64,000 bases of DNA from Camelus ferus. Taxonomy: Eukaryota. Of this stretch, positions 25,401 through 39,509 are shown piece after piece. Position numbers and translations under genes: made by a program. The stretch covers positions 37,326,001-37,390,000 of the forward strand of contig NC_045696.1 in NCBI RefSeq assembly GCF_009834535.1, written 5' to 3'. Positions within the stretch are counted from its first letter, which is position 1. The number at the start of each line of letters is the position of its first letter. Below the pieces are notes generated by a model. The model worked only from the letters and a program-made list of their open reading frames with translations. It had not been told where the DNA came from and did no database searches.

Positions 25401-25989
25401 GTTGAAATGTCAACATAAGAGATCAACTTAAAATTATACATACAGATAATTCATATAATTATATATAGATCTCCATATATAATTACATATAGAGATTGCT
25501 ATATATTAAACTCATGGTAACTACAAACCAAAAAATCACATATACAAAATGATTAAGAAACCCAAATATAACAGTAAAGTTAGTTACCAATCACAAAACA
25601 ACAGAACAGGAGAAGAAAGGAACAAAAATGATCTATAAAACACAAAAGCAATTAACAAAATGGCAGTAAGCACATACCTATCAATAATTATTATTTTAAA
25701 TATAAACAGACTTAATGCTCCAATCAAAAGACACTGAGTGGCTTAATCTATTAAAAAAAAAAAAAGACCTATACGTAAGTTGTGTACAAGAGACCTACTT
25801 CAGATCTAAAGACACACACATATGCAAAGGAAGGGGATAGTAAGAGGTATTTCATGCAAATAGAAATCAAAAGAAAGCCAGAGTAGTGATACTTACATCA
25901 GACAAAATTGACTTTAAAATAGACTGTTATAAGAGACGAAGAAGGACATTACATAATGATCAAGGGAATCAATTCAAGAAGATACAATA

Positions 25990-25996
<7 letters not shown>

Positions 25997-26026
<30 letters not shown>
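25997..26026. repeat. (TA)n microsatellite within L1 ORF2
   Basis: Perfect TA run. Confidence 0.95.
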
Positions 26027-26031
<5 letters not shown>

Positions 26032-28487
26032 CAAACATAGAAGAACCTAAATACATAAAGCAAATATTAACAGACATAAAAGGGAAAGATGACAGTAACA
26101 CAGTAGTAGAGGACATTAACACCCCACTATACCTCAGTAAGCAGATCATCCAGAAATAAAAATCAGTAAGTAAGCACTGCCCTTAAATGATTAGATCAGA
26201 TGGACTTAATAGATATATACATAGAACATTTCCATCCAAAAGAGTAGAATGAATTTTCTTTTCCATTGCACATGGAGTATTCTCCAGGATGAATCACATG
26301 GTAGGCCACAAAATACGCCCCAGTAAATGTAAGAAAATTGAAATCATATCAAGTATCTTTTCTGACCACAATGCTATGAGACTAGAAATCAACTGGAGGA
26401 AAAACATGCAAAAACATGTGGAGGCTAAACAATATGCTACTAAACAACCAATGGTTCATTGAAGTCAAAAGGAAATTAAAAAAAAATACCTGGAGACAAA
26501 TGAAAATGAAAACACAGTGATACAAAAACCTATGGGATGCAGCAAAAGCAGTTCTAAGAGCGAAGTGTATCAGGATACAAGTCTTCCTCAGAAAAAAAGG
26601 AAAATCTCAAACAACCTAACCTTACACTTAAGGAAACAGAAGAAGTTGGTAATCAAGTTGTTATCAGCTTAACATAGACTGTATAATTATAAGATGTTTT
26701 ATATAAACCTCATGGTACCACAAAGCAAAAACATACAAAACAACACAAAACAAAAAAATAGAATGTCTTAATGAATTAAAAAACAACAACAAAAATAAAA
26801 CAAAACAAAAAAACAAGAACCCACTCTATGGTGCCTACAAGAAACTCACCTCAGATTCAAGGACACATATGCTCAAAGTGAAGAAATGGGAAAAAATATT
26901 TCCATGTGATAATACCACTAGAAATTCGTTACATCTAATGAATGAATTCAGTAGAGTTATAGGATACAAAGTCAATATAAAATGTCAGTTTTGTTTCTAT
27001 ACTAAAACAAAGTATCAAAAAGAAAAATTAAGAACATAATTTCATTAATAATAGTACCACAAAGAATAAATAAAAATAAATTTAACCAAGGAGGTAAAAG
27101 ATATGTATACCAAAAATTATAAAACCCTGATGAAAGAAATTAAAGGCACAAATAAACAAAAGGATATTCCATGCTCATGGATTTGAATAATTAATAGTGT
27201 TAAAGTTTTCATACTACTCAAAGCAATCTACAGATTCAATGCAATTATTAAAATTATATGACATTTTCCACAAAATTAGAAAAAATAATCCTAAAATTCA
27301 TATGGTTAAAAAAATGACCCCAAATAGCCAAAGCAGTCTTGAGCAAGTAGAACAAAGCTGAAACACTTTCTGATTTCAAACTATATTTCAAAGCATAAAA
27401 ACAGACAGATTAATGGAACAGAACAGAGAACTCAGAATTATACACATATATAATCAATTAATTTACAAGTAAGACAACAATATACAATGAGGAAGAATAT
27501 CTCTTCATAAATACCACTATGAAAACTAGATATCCACGTTGAAAATAAAACTGGACTATTATTTATACCATACATAAAAATCTACATAAATGAATTAAAA
27601 ACTTGAACACGTGATCTGAATCAATACAAGTCCCAGAATAAAACAGAGGAAGTAAGTCCTTGATATTGGACTTGTCAATGATTTTTTGGATTAAATGACA
27701 CCAAAAGCAAAGGTAACAAAGGCAAAAATGAACCAGTGGGACTACATCAGACTAAAACATTCTGCACAGAAAAGGAAACAATTACAAAATGAAAAGGCAA
27801 CCTATGGAATGGAAAAAAATATTTGCAAACAATATAGCCAATAAAAATCCAAAACATGTAAGAAATGCATACAACTCAATGCAGAAAAACAAATAATTAA
27901 AAATTGGGCCAACAATCTAAACTGACATTTTTCCAAAGATACACAAACAGGTACATGAAAAGGTGCTCAGTACCACTAATCACCAGGGAAATGCAAATCA
28001 AAACCACAATGATATAAAACCTCATATTTGACAGAATGGCTATTATCAAAAAGACAAGTGATAACAAATGCTGGTGAGAAGGTGGAGAAATGAAAACCTT
28101 GTACACTGTTGATGAGAATGTAAACTTGCACAGCCACTATGGAAAACGCTATGGATGCTCCTCAAGAAATTAAAAATAGAACTACCATATGATCCATCAA
28201 TCCCATTTCTTCATACATATTCAAAGGTAATAAAATTACTATCTTGAAGAGATATCTGTATTCTCATTTTCATTGCTGTATTATTCACAACAGCCAAGGT
28301 ATGAAAATAACCTAAGTACCAATGAATGAATAGATAAAGCTGATATATATATATATATATATTATCCATTATATAGTCACAATAAAATATTCATCCTTAA
28401 AAAGAGAAGAAAATTCTCCCATTTGTGACATGGATGAAACTTGAGTGCATTATTCTAAGTGAAATAGGTCAGACAGAGAAAGAAATA

Positions 28488-28701
28488 CTGTTAACCCTTG
28501 AACAACATGGGTGTGAGCTATGCCGGTTCACTTATACGTGGATTTTTTTTTTCCAGTAAATACCATAGTACCATACAATCCTTCTAGACTGTATCTGCCA
28601 ATGTGGAACCACTGATACAAAGCAGTTACTGTAATGTTAACCTTGAATTTTTGACTGCGTGGGGTTAGCACCCTAACCCCTACATTGCTCAAGGTCAACC
28701 A
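28488..28701 (+). mobile_element. Tigger2-derived MITE (TcMar) inserted in an L1 3'UTR
   Basis: TIRs ctgttaacccttgaacaac / ttgctcaaggtcaacca; TA TSD at 28486-87 and 28702-03; the L1 sequence gaaata|ctgcat rejoins across it. Confidence 0.88.
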
Positions 28702-30007
28702 TACTGCATTGAATGACTCAGATGTCGAATCTTTAAAAAAAAAAAAAAGTCTAATTTATAGGAAAAGAGAGAATAATGGTGGCTTTTAGAGTGGGGGTTG
28801 AGGATGTTGGACAAAGAGTGAAGCTAGTTAAAAGCATAAGCTTTCAATTATAAAGGAATAAGATCTAACATATAAGATAGGGAATATCCTTGATAGTACT
28901 ATATTATAAAATTGAAATTTTCTAAGAAAGTAGAACTTAAGTGTTCTCACAACAAACATGAAAGAATAAAACAAAAATAAAATAAGTATGTGAACTGAAG
29001 GATGTGTAAATTAACTCAATGGAGGGAATTCTTTCACAACTGTATATATCTGTATATCAAATTATCTCATACACTTTAAATATATTACAATTTCATGTGT
29101 CAGGTACACCTCAAAGAAGTAGAATTAATTTAAAAAAAGTTAAAAAATAAAAGAAACCTATGTGGGGACTAATATAGGAATATATTTATCTATGGGTTGT
29201 GTATATATATTATATATAACAGTAATATGTATATTATTATGCATAACATATACATATATGTACTACTATATATAGTATGTATACACATATGTATAATATT
29301 AATGTGAATGTGTACATGTAACATGCGACCAGGCTGTTGAATCACAGGCAAACAAATCAGTTATTTTCAATTTGTATGATGTGTAAGCATAATAAGCAAA
29401 ACATTTGACAGCATTAAAATTGGAATAAAATCAATTTGATATTAGAGAAGAGAAGTAAATAAAGGAATCTCTCTTGCAAAACACATAGAAACTTAGGCCA
29501 GGAAATAAATAATTTAATGTTATTTGTGGATGCAATGAAAATAATCACAAAATTCTGATTAATTTTCGTTAAAATTAAATTTCAATTCATACTTTAACTG
29601 AAATAAAGTGGATTTAGTAAATTTAAGAAATGAAGCTTATGTTGCCTTTCCAATGTAGTGTCATTTGTAATGTAACTACTTGTGAGACTACATATTTGCA
29701 AAAGGGTAGAGCACACAAGAGAACCATACTGAGACGCATTCCTTTGAAAGGACACGCCATATTAAAAAAAAAATGGGAGAGGACTTCATTTTGCTTCAAA
29801 TATATAGAGCATAAAGAAAATATGTTACAGTATATTAACATTCAGGGAACCAAGTATATGATGAAAAATACTAAATAACTTATGTTACTATTTGGGTACT
29901 TGCTTAACTGTTGTTTACTATTCATAAAGGAAAATAAGACATGATAAGCACACATGGAAAACTATGCTTGTGATAGACCACTTTTTTGGGTAACTTGTCC
30001 TGAAAAT

Positions 30008-30181
30008 TAGTACTTTCCAGATTTGACTTGACATTGAAATCACTTGAGAAGCTTTAGAAAATACTCATACTTTGGTTCTATTTCCAGAATATTACATAAT
30101 TTGTCTGGGATGTAGTTTGGCCACTGGATCTTATAAGTTCTCCAAATTGTTCCAGTGTGCAATCAGGATTGAGAACTATTG
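30008..30181. mobile_element. MER5A-like hAT-Charlie MITE
   Basis: aatcacttgagaagctttagaaa...tctgggatgtag...tgtgcaatcaggattgagaactattg. Confidence 0.7.
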
Positions 30182-30739
30182 CTATAATTTTTTTTTTTAA
30201 ATCAGCTACTGTAATAATGAATGAGTTCACTTATTTGGCTAAAAGCATCAGACTGCTTAGTTAGAACTTTCTCCTGCAGCTTCCTCAAAATTAGCGTGCT
30301 TGTAGCAAGTTATGATTTACACATTGTCTTATCCTCTTTTTTATGATAATGAAAAAAGAATACAAGAAAAGTGTGTTATCACAGTAACATCTCAGAATTT
30401 ATTTAATCTTCAGTTCTTATTGATATTTTTAACTATTCTTCTTGATAATTTAGTTCTTTTTGATATTGCAAATTAAAAATCAGTTTCTTACCCCAGGAGA
30501 AAGTGCATACAGTAGTTCTGGAAAATATACAATGACGTTAAAAGTCTGTATTTGTACTATATATACTACAAATATGTTAATGTCATATATAGACTAAAAT
30601 CTGTATATACACTGTAAAGTAATCTGTATTTGCACTGACAAATGATATACAAATCCTCTTAGATCAGTACTTAAGACCATTCAAAATCTGAACACCTTTA
30701 AGCTATTCATCTTATTACTTAACTTCAGAAGCTATAGCC

Positions 30740-31160
30740 CAATTCCTACGTGATATAATCATCATTTTCCAAAATGTGCTACATTTTCACTGCCTTTGTG
30801 TAATGATCCAGAGTATTTCCTCTGCCTGATTTGAGTTTATTATCTCATACTTTGATAGTCCATCCATATTTTAAAAACAAGTTCCAAAGCCTTTCCTTTA
30901 AGAAGTCTCCCTGAGTCTCATTCATATAAATCATCTTACTTTGGAAATCATTAACATTAAAAAAAGAAAACCTTTCTAATAGGTACTTACTGTTTTCTAC
31001 CTTGTGTTATAATTTCTCTGGCCATGTAATACATGTACTCTCTCATAAACTTTCTGAAAAAAACAAAAACATAACTAGCTTCTTTTTTCCCTAGTATTTC
31101 AAAGCACATTTTACCTTCACTCAATAGGTACTTAGTTCATGATTTTTAAATAATGAATAA
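30740..31160 (+). mobile_element. L2 3' fragment
   Basis: Pyrimidine-rich degenerate body (tttcctctgcctga...aagtctccctga) ending ataggtactta...aatgaataa. Confidence 0.5.
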
Positions 31161-32659
31161 CACTAATTTATCTAGCATAGAAAAATGACTACTTAGGTCT
31201 TTTTTCAAAAACAAAAGCCCCTATCGAAGCATATTAAATAAATATTTAAGGTCCCATACAGAATTATATCAATTTGCCTTTAAATATTAAGGGAATAATA
31301 AGAGATTCTACTGCCACTGAATAACCCTTAACCTAATAACTTTATTATAAAACATGCATTTTAAATAGTGTAACAAGAATAATGCACACAGTTTCCTCAG
31401 TAAGCACTTATTTTCCAAAGGACTAAAAACATTTCATCACAGTATTGAAGTACAATGATAGAAACATATAATAAATTTATTTAAAATCTCCAAACCTTTA
31501 TATTAATTCTGTGGGTCATTCAGACTCTCAACATTTTTCAGTGCTTACTTTGAGCTATTTTTCATAATTATCTTAGACTGTTTTCATTGACTAGAATCAT
31601 TGTTATTGCCATTCCTTTCTCCTTTCTGCAGCATTGAAGTTCAAAGAGGATTTTTTTTAATAAGCCAGTTTAAGTGTCCCAAGTGATTCCTTTTGAGTAA
31701 ATCCCCTAACTTTTTGCCTTGCTTACAGTCATTACTCTGGGCTTCAGTAATTCCACATGCACTTCAGTCTCCATAGTAACTTTAGTAGCTTCAGTTCTTT
31801 CATATTTTTATTGTCACCTTTTTCCCTCTGCTTTTCATTATTCATTTTCTCTGAATCTTTTTTAAAGTATTTAGATGATGTTATCATCTTCTACTTTCCT
31901 ATTTCATCTTCCTAGAGTCTTTTTAGCATTGCAGACATAGCTAAGTTTAAACACCTAAGACCTATATATAAATTTACTATAATTATTCCTTGACATGATA
32001 CATAAAAATGTCAACTTATCATGGTAATTTTGTAACAGTTGTTGAATATTTGCAGCCTTATGACATTTTACATGGAATAATTTAATGATATCAAATTCTT
32101 ATAAAATCATAGACAAATTTTATTGTCTTCTATAAAAAGTAGCATATGGTACAGTTTTCCTTGATGGGGATATTTTTGTTGTTAGTCTTGAAGATACTAC
32201 TCATATCAAAACTACATAGTAATGACAGAGCAGATTGAAAAAATGATCTTTGTGAGAAAGCAACAATTCTTTGTATATAAAAAATGCCATTCTTCCTGGT
32301 GGAATAAGCAATGGGAATCAGGGACTCAGCAGGGACCATGTATAAAAGCAACACAAATTATGAGGTTGAGGCATTAAAAATACAAAATATAAGAAAATTT
32401 TGCCAATAAATTGATTCTATCTGAGAAATCAGTATGAGAAATCAGATTCTCACACTGATTCTGCTACATGGACACCATCTTAGCATTAAATACTATGGCA
32501 AAACTAGCCAGAATCTTGTCAAGACAAGAAAAAAAAATTCAATCCAAAATAAGCAGAACCCAGGTCCATAACTATTTAAATAAGGACTTTATAAATATTG
32601 CTGAGAATATGGAGCCCTCAAAAAATTACAGGCAATGTTCTGTGAGGTGGTATTTTCCT

Positions 32660-33140
32660 TAAACAGAAAGGAATGTTTCTAGCTGGGTTTATTTAACTTG
32701 AGAATTGATATTTTTCCAATTGCAACTGGAGAATTTTAAGTCAACATACTTTAAGTGAAAGTTGAAATTTATTCTCTCACATAATTAAAACATCCAATGC
32801 AAAACTAATTTTAAACACAGGTGGATACATAGATTCAAGCAACATCATCTGGGGGTCCCTCTCTCCATCTCTCAGATAAACTCAGTGTAGCAAGCATCAT
32901 AGCCATTGTCAGCCCAACTTAACATTTGTTTCAAATAGCAACTTTATAATGTAGGGCTTCTCTTCCCTGAAATTGTAGAACTCCTCAGAAACAACTCCGG
33001 TTTGATTAACTTACAATCTCTGTGGTCAAAAGGAAAGGGTACTTTGATTATACATGACCCATGTGGTGGAAGTGATTCTTATCAGAAGGAAGGATCAGAG
33101 GTTCCAGGTAAACACCAAAATAAAACAAGTAGATGTCCGT
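32660..33140 (-). mobile_element. Old MLT1 (J/K/L-like) LTR
   Basis: aatctctgtggtcaaaaggaaagggtactttgatta...gtagatgtcc typical of antisense old MLT1. Confidence 0.55.
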
Positions 33141-33680
33141 TTTAGACTTGGCCTTCATATGCTATGAATATTAGCATCTTTGACTAAATAAACATTGCTT
33201 TTTTAAAAAAAATACAAACACTACATAAATGGCATTTTTCCTCTCTTTTTGACACAAATCAAAGCATCAATTCCTCTAGTCACATTTCAAGTCAGTAACT
33301 GTACATAAATCTTAACAGAAATATTGATAATTTTAAAAGCATGCTACAGCTTTTATCTTTATCACTTCTTTAATATATTCTTCTGTTTATAAACCAATGT
33401 TTTATTTTCACTTGAGGCCAATTTTAATACCATCATAAACTATTTCTAGCATTTTCTCTCCTGGTTTGATCTTAAAAGTTATAAATTGTTCTTCAATGTT
33501 CTGCAGAATGTCCTACTTTCACTATGCAGACTTCTGACTTTTATTTTTCCAGAGATGTAGAAAGAAATGACAATATGAGGATGTGGAGCAGTTTTGTCTT
33601 CCCCATTATCCAACTCCTATACTTGACTGGTGCAGTTGTCAAAAGAATGTTTGGGTTAAAAATAAAGATAACTTCAGCTG

Positions 33681-33972
33681 CAGTTGACTCTTGAACAACA
33701 TGGATTTAAACTGCCCTGGTCCACTTAGGATTATTTCTTGTTTCCAATAATTTTAGTACTACAGGATCTGTGGTTGGTTGAATTCATGGATGTGGAATCT
33801 TGGATACGGAGGGCTAACCATGAGACTTGAACATTTATAGATTTGGTGTCCACAGCAGGTTCTGAAATCAATAACCTCATGGATACTGATGGAGTACTGT
33901 ACTTTACTCAGAGTTTTGATTGGGGCGGGGGTGTTGGCCCCTAAACCTCCACGTTATTTCAATGGTCAACTG
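33681..33972 (+). mobile_element. Tigger2-derived MITE, longer variant
   Basis: TIRs cagttgactcttgaacaac / ttatttcaatggtcaactg followed by TA. Confidence 0.88.
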
Positions 33973-34489
33973 TAATTTCAAATAAAATTGATAGCTTGAC
34001 AAATATTTTAATAACTAAATAATATCAAAATTCACCTAAAATGCTTTTTTTTTTTTGTCTTCAAGAGTTTTAAAAATGTATTTAGGGATCTCATGAAAGT
34101 CTAGAAAGATTATATACATTTTTAACAGAAGGTAATTGTTTTCCCAAGAAATACTGCAAAGACCTTGAACCACAGCTATTATTTCTAAACAAATAATATT
34201 CTATCATTGTTTAAAATGCTATTTTGATGGTCTCAATATAAAACTATAAAATGTAAAATGACATTTATTGAAACATTTTACATTCAAATGGACCTAAATG
34301 GTTAACTGCACATACATTAGCACACTGCTTTCTTACATTCTATATTTAAATAAATCTAATGCATTCCAAAATATGTATATACATGAATATACACACTGAT
34401 GTGTGTGCGTGTATATGTGTATGTACAAAATATTATCAGTGCTCAGAACAGTTTCTAAATAAACTCTCTTCTTATGAAATCTTTCAACC

Positions 34490-35115
34490 TAAGGCAATCA
34501 ATCTGGGTATATACCGAAGGAAATGAAATCACTACCTTGAAGAGATATCTGCACTCCCATGTTCATTGCAGCATTATTCACAATAGCCAAGAAATAAAAC
34601 AATCTAAATGTCCATTTGTGCACATACACGCAGACACAGACACATGTAGGAATATTATTCAGACTTTAAACATAAGAAATTCTGCAATTTGTGACAACAT
34701 GGGTGAAACTTCAGGACATTATGCTAAGTGAAATAAGCCTGATACAGAAAGACAAATATTGCGTATTCTCACTTACATATGGCATCAATTTAAAAAAAAA
34801 TGAGTCACACTCATCGTAACAGAGTAGAGAGTAAAATAGTGTTTACCTAGAGGTTGGAGTGTGGGGGTAAAGGGAAGACTGAAAAAAAGGAAAAGGAAAA
34901 CGGTGGTTGATTTAGATGAGGGGAGGGAAAGGGATGGAGGAGAGTTACTGTTCAGTGGATACAGCATTTTAGTTTTTGCAAGAGGAAAAGAGTTTTGGAG
35001 AAGAAGGGTGGTGATGGTTGCACAACAATATGAATGTACCTAACAGCAGTGAACTGTACACTTTAAAATTGTTAAGATAGGAAATTTTATGTTTTGTGTA
35101 TTTTAACACCAAAAA
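34490..35115 (+). mobile_element. 5'-truncated L1MA/MB 3' end
   Basis: gatatctgcactcccatgttcattgcagcattattcacaatagccaag...gacattatgctaagtgaaataag...gaactgtacactttaaa. Confidence 0.9.
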
Positions 35116-36884
35116 ATGGAAAGATATTTATAGTCTGATTTAAAAGAAATGAGCAACTTCCTAAACTCTTCATAATATTGTAAATAAAAACAACTTCACA
35201 GGAAAAGAAATTCTTTAAAAGAAATAGTCCTGTTTCTAAGAGAAGTGCTCTGTATATCTGTTAGATTCCCCACCCACCATGAATTTAAAAAAAAAAAAAA
35301 GTTGACTACATTTCAGAGTTCAATAAAGTAGTTTTTCTGTCAGTGAAAGTAATCGTTAAACAAGAATAGAACTGACATTTGAGAAATTATGATTGTCTTT
35401 CTTCTTCAGAGTGCAGTCTTTCTTTTAGAGTGCAGTCATTACTGAAAATGTATGTTTCAAAGCATAAAGTCAGAGTAACATTTTACAACGCAGATTTATT
35501 TATTAATTTATTCATTTTTACTCAGAAACCATGGTATGGATTAATGGCTGTGTTGATAGAAATTGTTGCCATGTGGCATAAATTTAGGGATTTAGAAAAA
35601 AAAAGATACTTAGACAACAAAGATTGAAAATTGGTAACGGTAGAAAATAGCTTCTGATTTTGCCTTTTCACCTTTTCTGCCATGGCAACACTGAATTACT
35701 AAACGCAAATAAGAAAAACATCTTAATTAAGTTTAAGGCTAACTCCTGGTGCACAGAAGCATGCAAGTGTCCAGTATGTTCTGACATCTTAGAAAATGCA
35801 TAAACAGTGACAAATAATATTACATGATATTTGGCTTTATCTAATTAAACAGCAAAACAACAACTACTATGGAAAATGGTTATCAAATATTGTTATATGA
35901 GAAGTTCCACAGTACCAGCAAATGAGAGAAAAGTTTCTAGCCCCACTCTAAGCAGATACTGATGCTTCTACCTTAAAAAATTTCTGAATCAATTTTCTGT
36001 CCTACAGCTTCCCGATACACTCTGATCTTATGGTGGCGACACAAGAAACAGATGAACAAACAAAAAGATCAATCCATACAAAGTGAGTTTAGAGTGGGTA
36101 TACAAAGCTCTGCAATAGACAGAAATCATTGAGGATGCTGAAAGGAAGCAGGCATTTTCCTAGAAACTGAGCTTTAAATATTGGTTACTTAAAGCTTTCG
36201 AACAGCTGTATGTGCTAAGAAGAGACATTAGAAGACAAACTAAATCAATGAAGATAAGAACTTATTCAACATGATCATTATCCTGATTGGTGAAGAAAAG
36301 GTTCTCAGTGACATGATTAATATTTATCATCAGTGTTTTAGTAAGAAGAAACTAGAAATTGTCAAAGGTTATTTAATATTATTTAATTGTTACTGATTTT
36401 ATTTACACATATATTTAACAATGGATAGTATTTTCATTATAGAGCATGGGTCTATTAATTTATCCTATTCCTCTCATTACACTAGAGTCTATTTTGATTG
36501 GTAGAGGTGTGAACTTAACATAAGGTTGTATAAAGTTGTTTGAATTTTAATGTTTGATTGTGTTGACAGGATTCTATCCTACCCATGGACCTTACTTGAA
36601 GGTGCAGTATATAAAAGCCATTTAATTAAAACATTTTGTGACTTAATATTTTTCTAAGAAGTAGGAGTAAAGGTCAAAAGAGCCATATATTATACATCTT
36701 TATATATTATAGTCAACACAAAGCACTATAGGTAACAGTGTTGCCTGTAACAATTGTATTCCCATACCAAAAATATTCTTAGTTCTTCATATGAAAAAAG
36801 GTATGCTCAAAATGATTATATTTAAATAGGAAAATAAATCTTAGCATCGAGTAAAATTAACGCAAGATGAAATTGAAAACATTA

Positions 36885-37070
36885 GTACTGAACACTGGAA
36901 ATATGCTGAGAGTAGATTTCAGGTACATTCATCACACACACACAAATGGTAACTATGTAAGGAGATGACAGATAAATTAGCTTGGCTGTAGTAATCATTG
37001 GACTATGAATATATACACATACCAAATCATACTGTATACCTTAAATATATATAATTCTCATTAAAATATG
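36885..37070 (+). mobile_element. Short L1MA-type 3' end
   Basis: gctgagagtagatttc...aaatggtaactatgt...gtagtaatcatt...tgtataccttaaatatata. Confidence 0.8.
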
Positions 37071-37211
37071 TAAAAAAAATACTACAAAAACAACATTACC
37101 TAATTTCAGAAATGGACTGAGTTACTATGTTTAAGTGGGTCCTTCAATATGATTTTACTACTTGAGAATAATAAACATTCCCTATTAACTCTAATGAAAA
37201 TTAGGATTCCA

Positions 37212-37606
37212 CTATACATAAAATAGATAAATGACAAGGTCCTACTGTATAGCACAGGGAACCATATTCAATATCCTGTAGAAAACCATAATGAAAAAAG
37301 AATATGAAAAAACAAATACATACATATGTATTACTGAATCACTTTGTTGTACACACCAGAAACAAACACATATTGTAAATTAATTATACTTCAAAAAAAT
37401 AACCTCAGAAAGATAGAGGGGAAAACAACTGTGCCTGCAGAAGTTACTCTCCCAGTCCCAACTCCACCTCAACCCATCAAAATCCAAATAGGTCATCGCA
37501 AAAAGACAACCAGCCCTTACACTGATGAGAAGAATGGGTTCCCCAAGCTCAAGAGACCATTAAGCAGAAACCAAATTAGGCTGTCCATCTCTTAAAAAAA
37601 TGAAAA
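37212..37606 (+). mobile_element. Cetartiodactyl-type L1 3' end (37212-~37400) plus ~190 bp extra sequence and A-rich tail, bounded by a TSD
   Basis: aaatagataaatgacaaggtcctactgtatagcacagggaac...ctgaatcactttgttgtacacaccagaaac; TSD gaaaattaggattcca (37196-37211) / gaaaattagaattcca (37607-37622). Confidence 0.85.
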
Positions 37607-38464
37607 GAAAATTAGAATTCCAGTATTTTTTTTGAAAAGAGAATCTTTAGATATATAGTAGCATTATAAACAGGAGTAACTAGATGGCAAAATATTTTTT
37701 CCCAGACAATAACTCACTTTGATTTTAATATATATTGCACATTATAATGGGAAACATTTCAATAGTAGTTGTAATGAACGATTAGTTTCAGTAGAATTTT
37801 TTTTAACATTATATTCATACTTTAGCCATAATACATAGTATTATAATAAGACGTTTTAGCGAGCACATTAACATTTAAAGCATAAGCAGTTTTTATATTT
37901 CACCTATTAAAGAGGACTTTAATTATTATGGTATCATTTCCTGTTAAAAACAACAAATCATCATTTAAGTCAAAGGGACAAATGTGCTACCATACTTTTC
38001 ATGTTTCTCAAGAAATGAATGAAAACTAAAAATATAAATTACTTGTACTTACTAACAATTTTCTATATAATATTTTTACATAACTGAAAATTATATCCCA
38101 TTTCTTAATTATGTCCTTCTATGTTAAACATTTTAGATGAAGTAGAGAGATAAAGGATATTAATTCTCATTCTTGGTAAATATTTCTGCGAACATTTCCA
38201 GCAACTCATTCATCACTTAAATATTCAAACCAGTTTCCCAAATTTATTTCATTGTTAAGATTTGCCCAGGCAGAGATGAGTGGGAAGGAGGCCAGCACAC
38301 ACTCAACATTGATTACTGTGCTGCACGCCAGAAATAAGGGGTGTAGTTTTATAAGAAACTCAGTGGGAAGTGAAGAAATAGGGAAGAAGGCACACATGTA
38401 AGTATGTTCATATTGAAGAATATAAACTGAAATAAATATATTTTATAACTTTTATAAAAATAGC

Positions 38465-38665
38465 CAGTATTTCTTGAACCATTTGCCAGACATGTGATTT
38501 ATATTTTGCAAACTTTCTTGTATTCCTAGCAAACACTCTTGTTAGCAACATTTTACTAATGACAAATATAGGCTTAAAGAAATTCAAAATTTTTTCCAAG
38601 GTCAAATTATAAGTGACCAAGCATAATCTTGTATCCAGTATTAAGTGATACAGAACCATTACTCT
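38465..38665 (-). mobile_element. MIR SINE, degraded
   Basis: cattttactaatgacaaatataggcttaaagaaattcaaaatttttt ccaaggtca resembles the MIR core. Confidence 0.6.
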
Positions 38666-39509
38666 TGACAACCATACAACTGGCCTCTACTGGAAAATTC
38701 TGAATCTAGACATGTATTTATTTAAGAATAAGGCTTTTGACTAGGTAGTAATTAGTGAGGAGAGGAAAGTGGGAGATGTGAAGAACTGAAGATCCCAGGC
38801 AAGAGAAACAACTTGAGCAAAGCAAAGGGGAAGAAAAGTAGGATCTGATGCCATTCAATCTACTCTTAAAAATATTAATTTTTTTATTCTAAAAGATATA
38901 TTAATCCTTATACATTAAGTAAATTCTGGAAAAATATTTTTGTCTAAATTATGGTTTTGGCCATTTGTGAAAAAATCAGTGTTTTTGGTATCTTCGGTTT
39001 GGGCAGATATATAAATACTACTATGATATTTTAGAAAGCCTACTTCGAATCCCTGCCAATTCCATGAATCTGATTAACTGGAGTGGACAGATATGATCAC
39101 TAGGATGCCTTTTTGTGCTCTGTTTGAATCTAACATAGCCAAATACATACTACTTTTTCTCAGTTTCTCAAACCCTTTGCCCATGTCATTTTCAATTTAT
39201 ATACAGAAGTTATTGATATGCATCAGGACTTCACACTGACTCAATATAGAATTAATCACCTTTTCTATTTTCGTGTCATGTTGAACAAGCCATGAGGTCA
39301 AATGGTTTGTCTGAACAAATTTACCTGAGAGACTTCACTATGTGAATCTTATAATTTTCAAAAGAAATATTAAATTTCAGATACAATACACTTTCTCCTT
39401 TTCTTTCTTGGAGAAAATACAGTCACAAATACATACAGAATCATCTTTCTTACAGCGATATCCTTGAGTTTTTTTTACAGTTTCATGCCAAATAGCTTAA
39501 TATGTCCTG

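Larger units (their letters stand above)
22441..29150 (+). mobile_element. Long composite L1: 5'UTR, ORF1, ORF2 EN, second spacer/EN start, ORF2 C-terminal half, 3'UTR; RT core missing
   Basis: 5'UTR similar to the 12837 copy; ORF1 ~24305-25158; ORF2 ATG 25660 (atggcagtaagcacatacctatcaata); EN peptide KYIKQILTDIKG; C-terminal aacaaatgctggtgag at ~28063; 3'UTR to ~29150. Confidence 0.9.

Noticed and set aside
22428..29160. TSD for the long L1
   Set aside because: Only weak A-rich similarity (aaataaaacactt vs aaataaaagaaacct), and the element is a mosaic.
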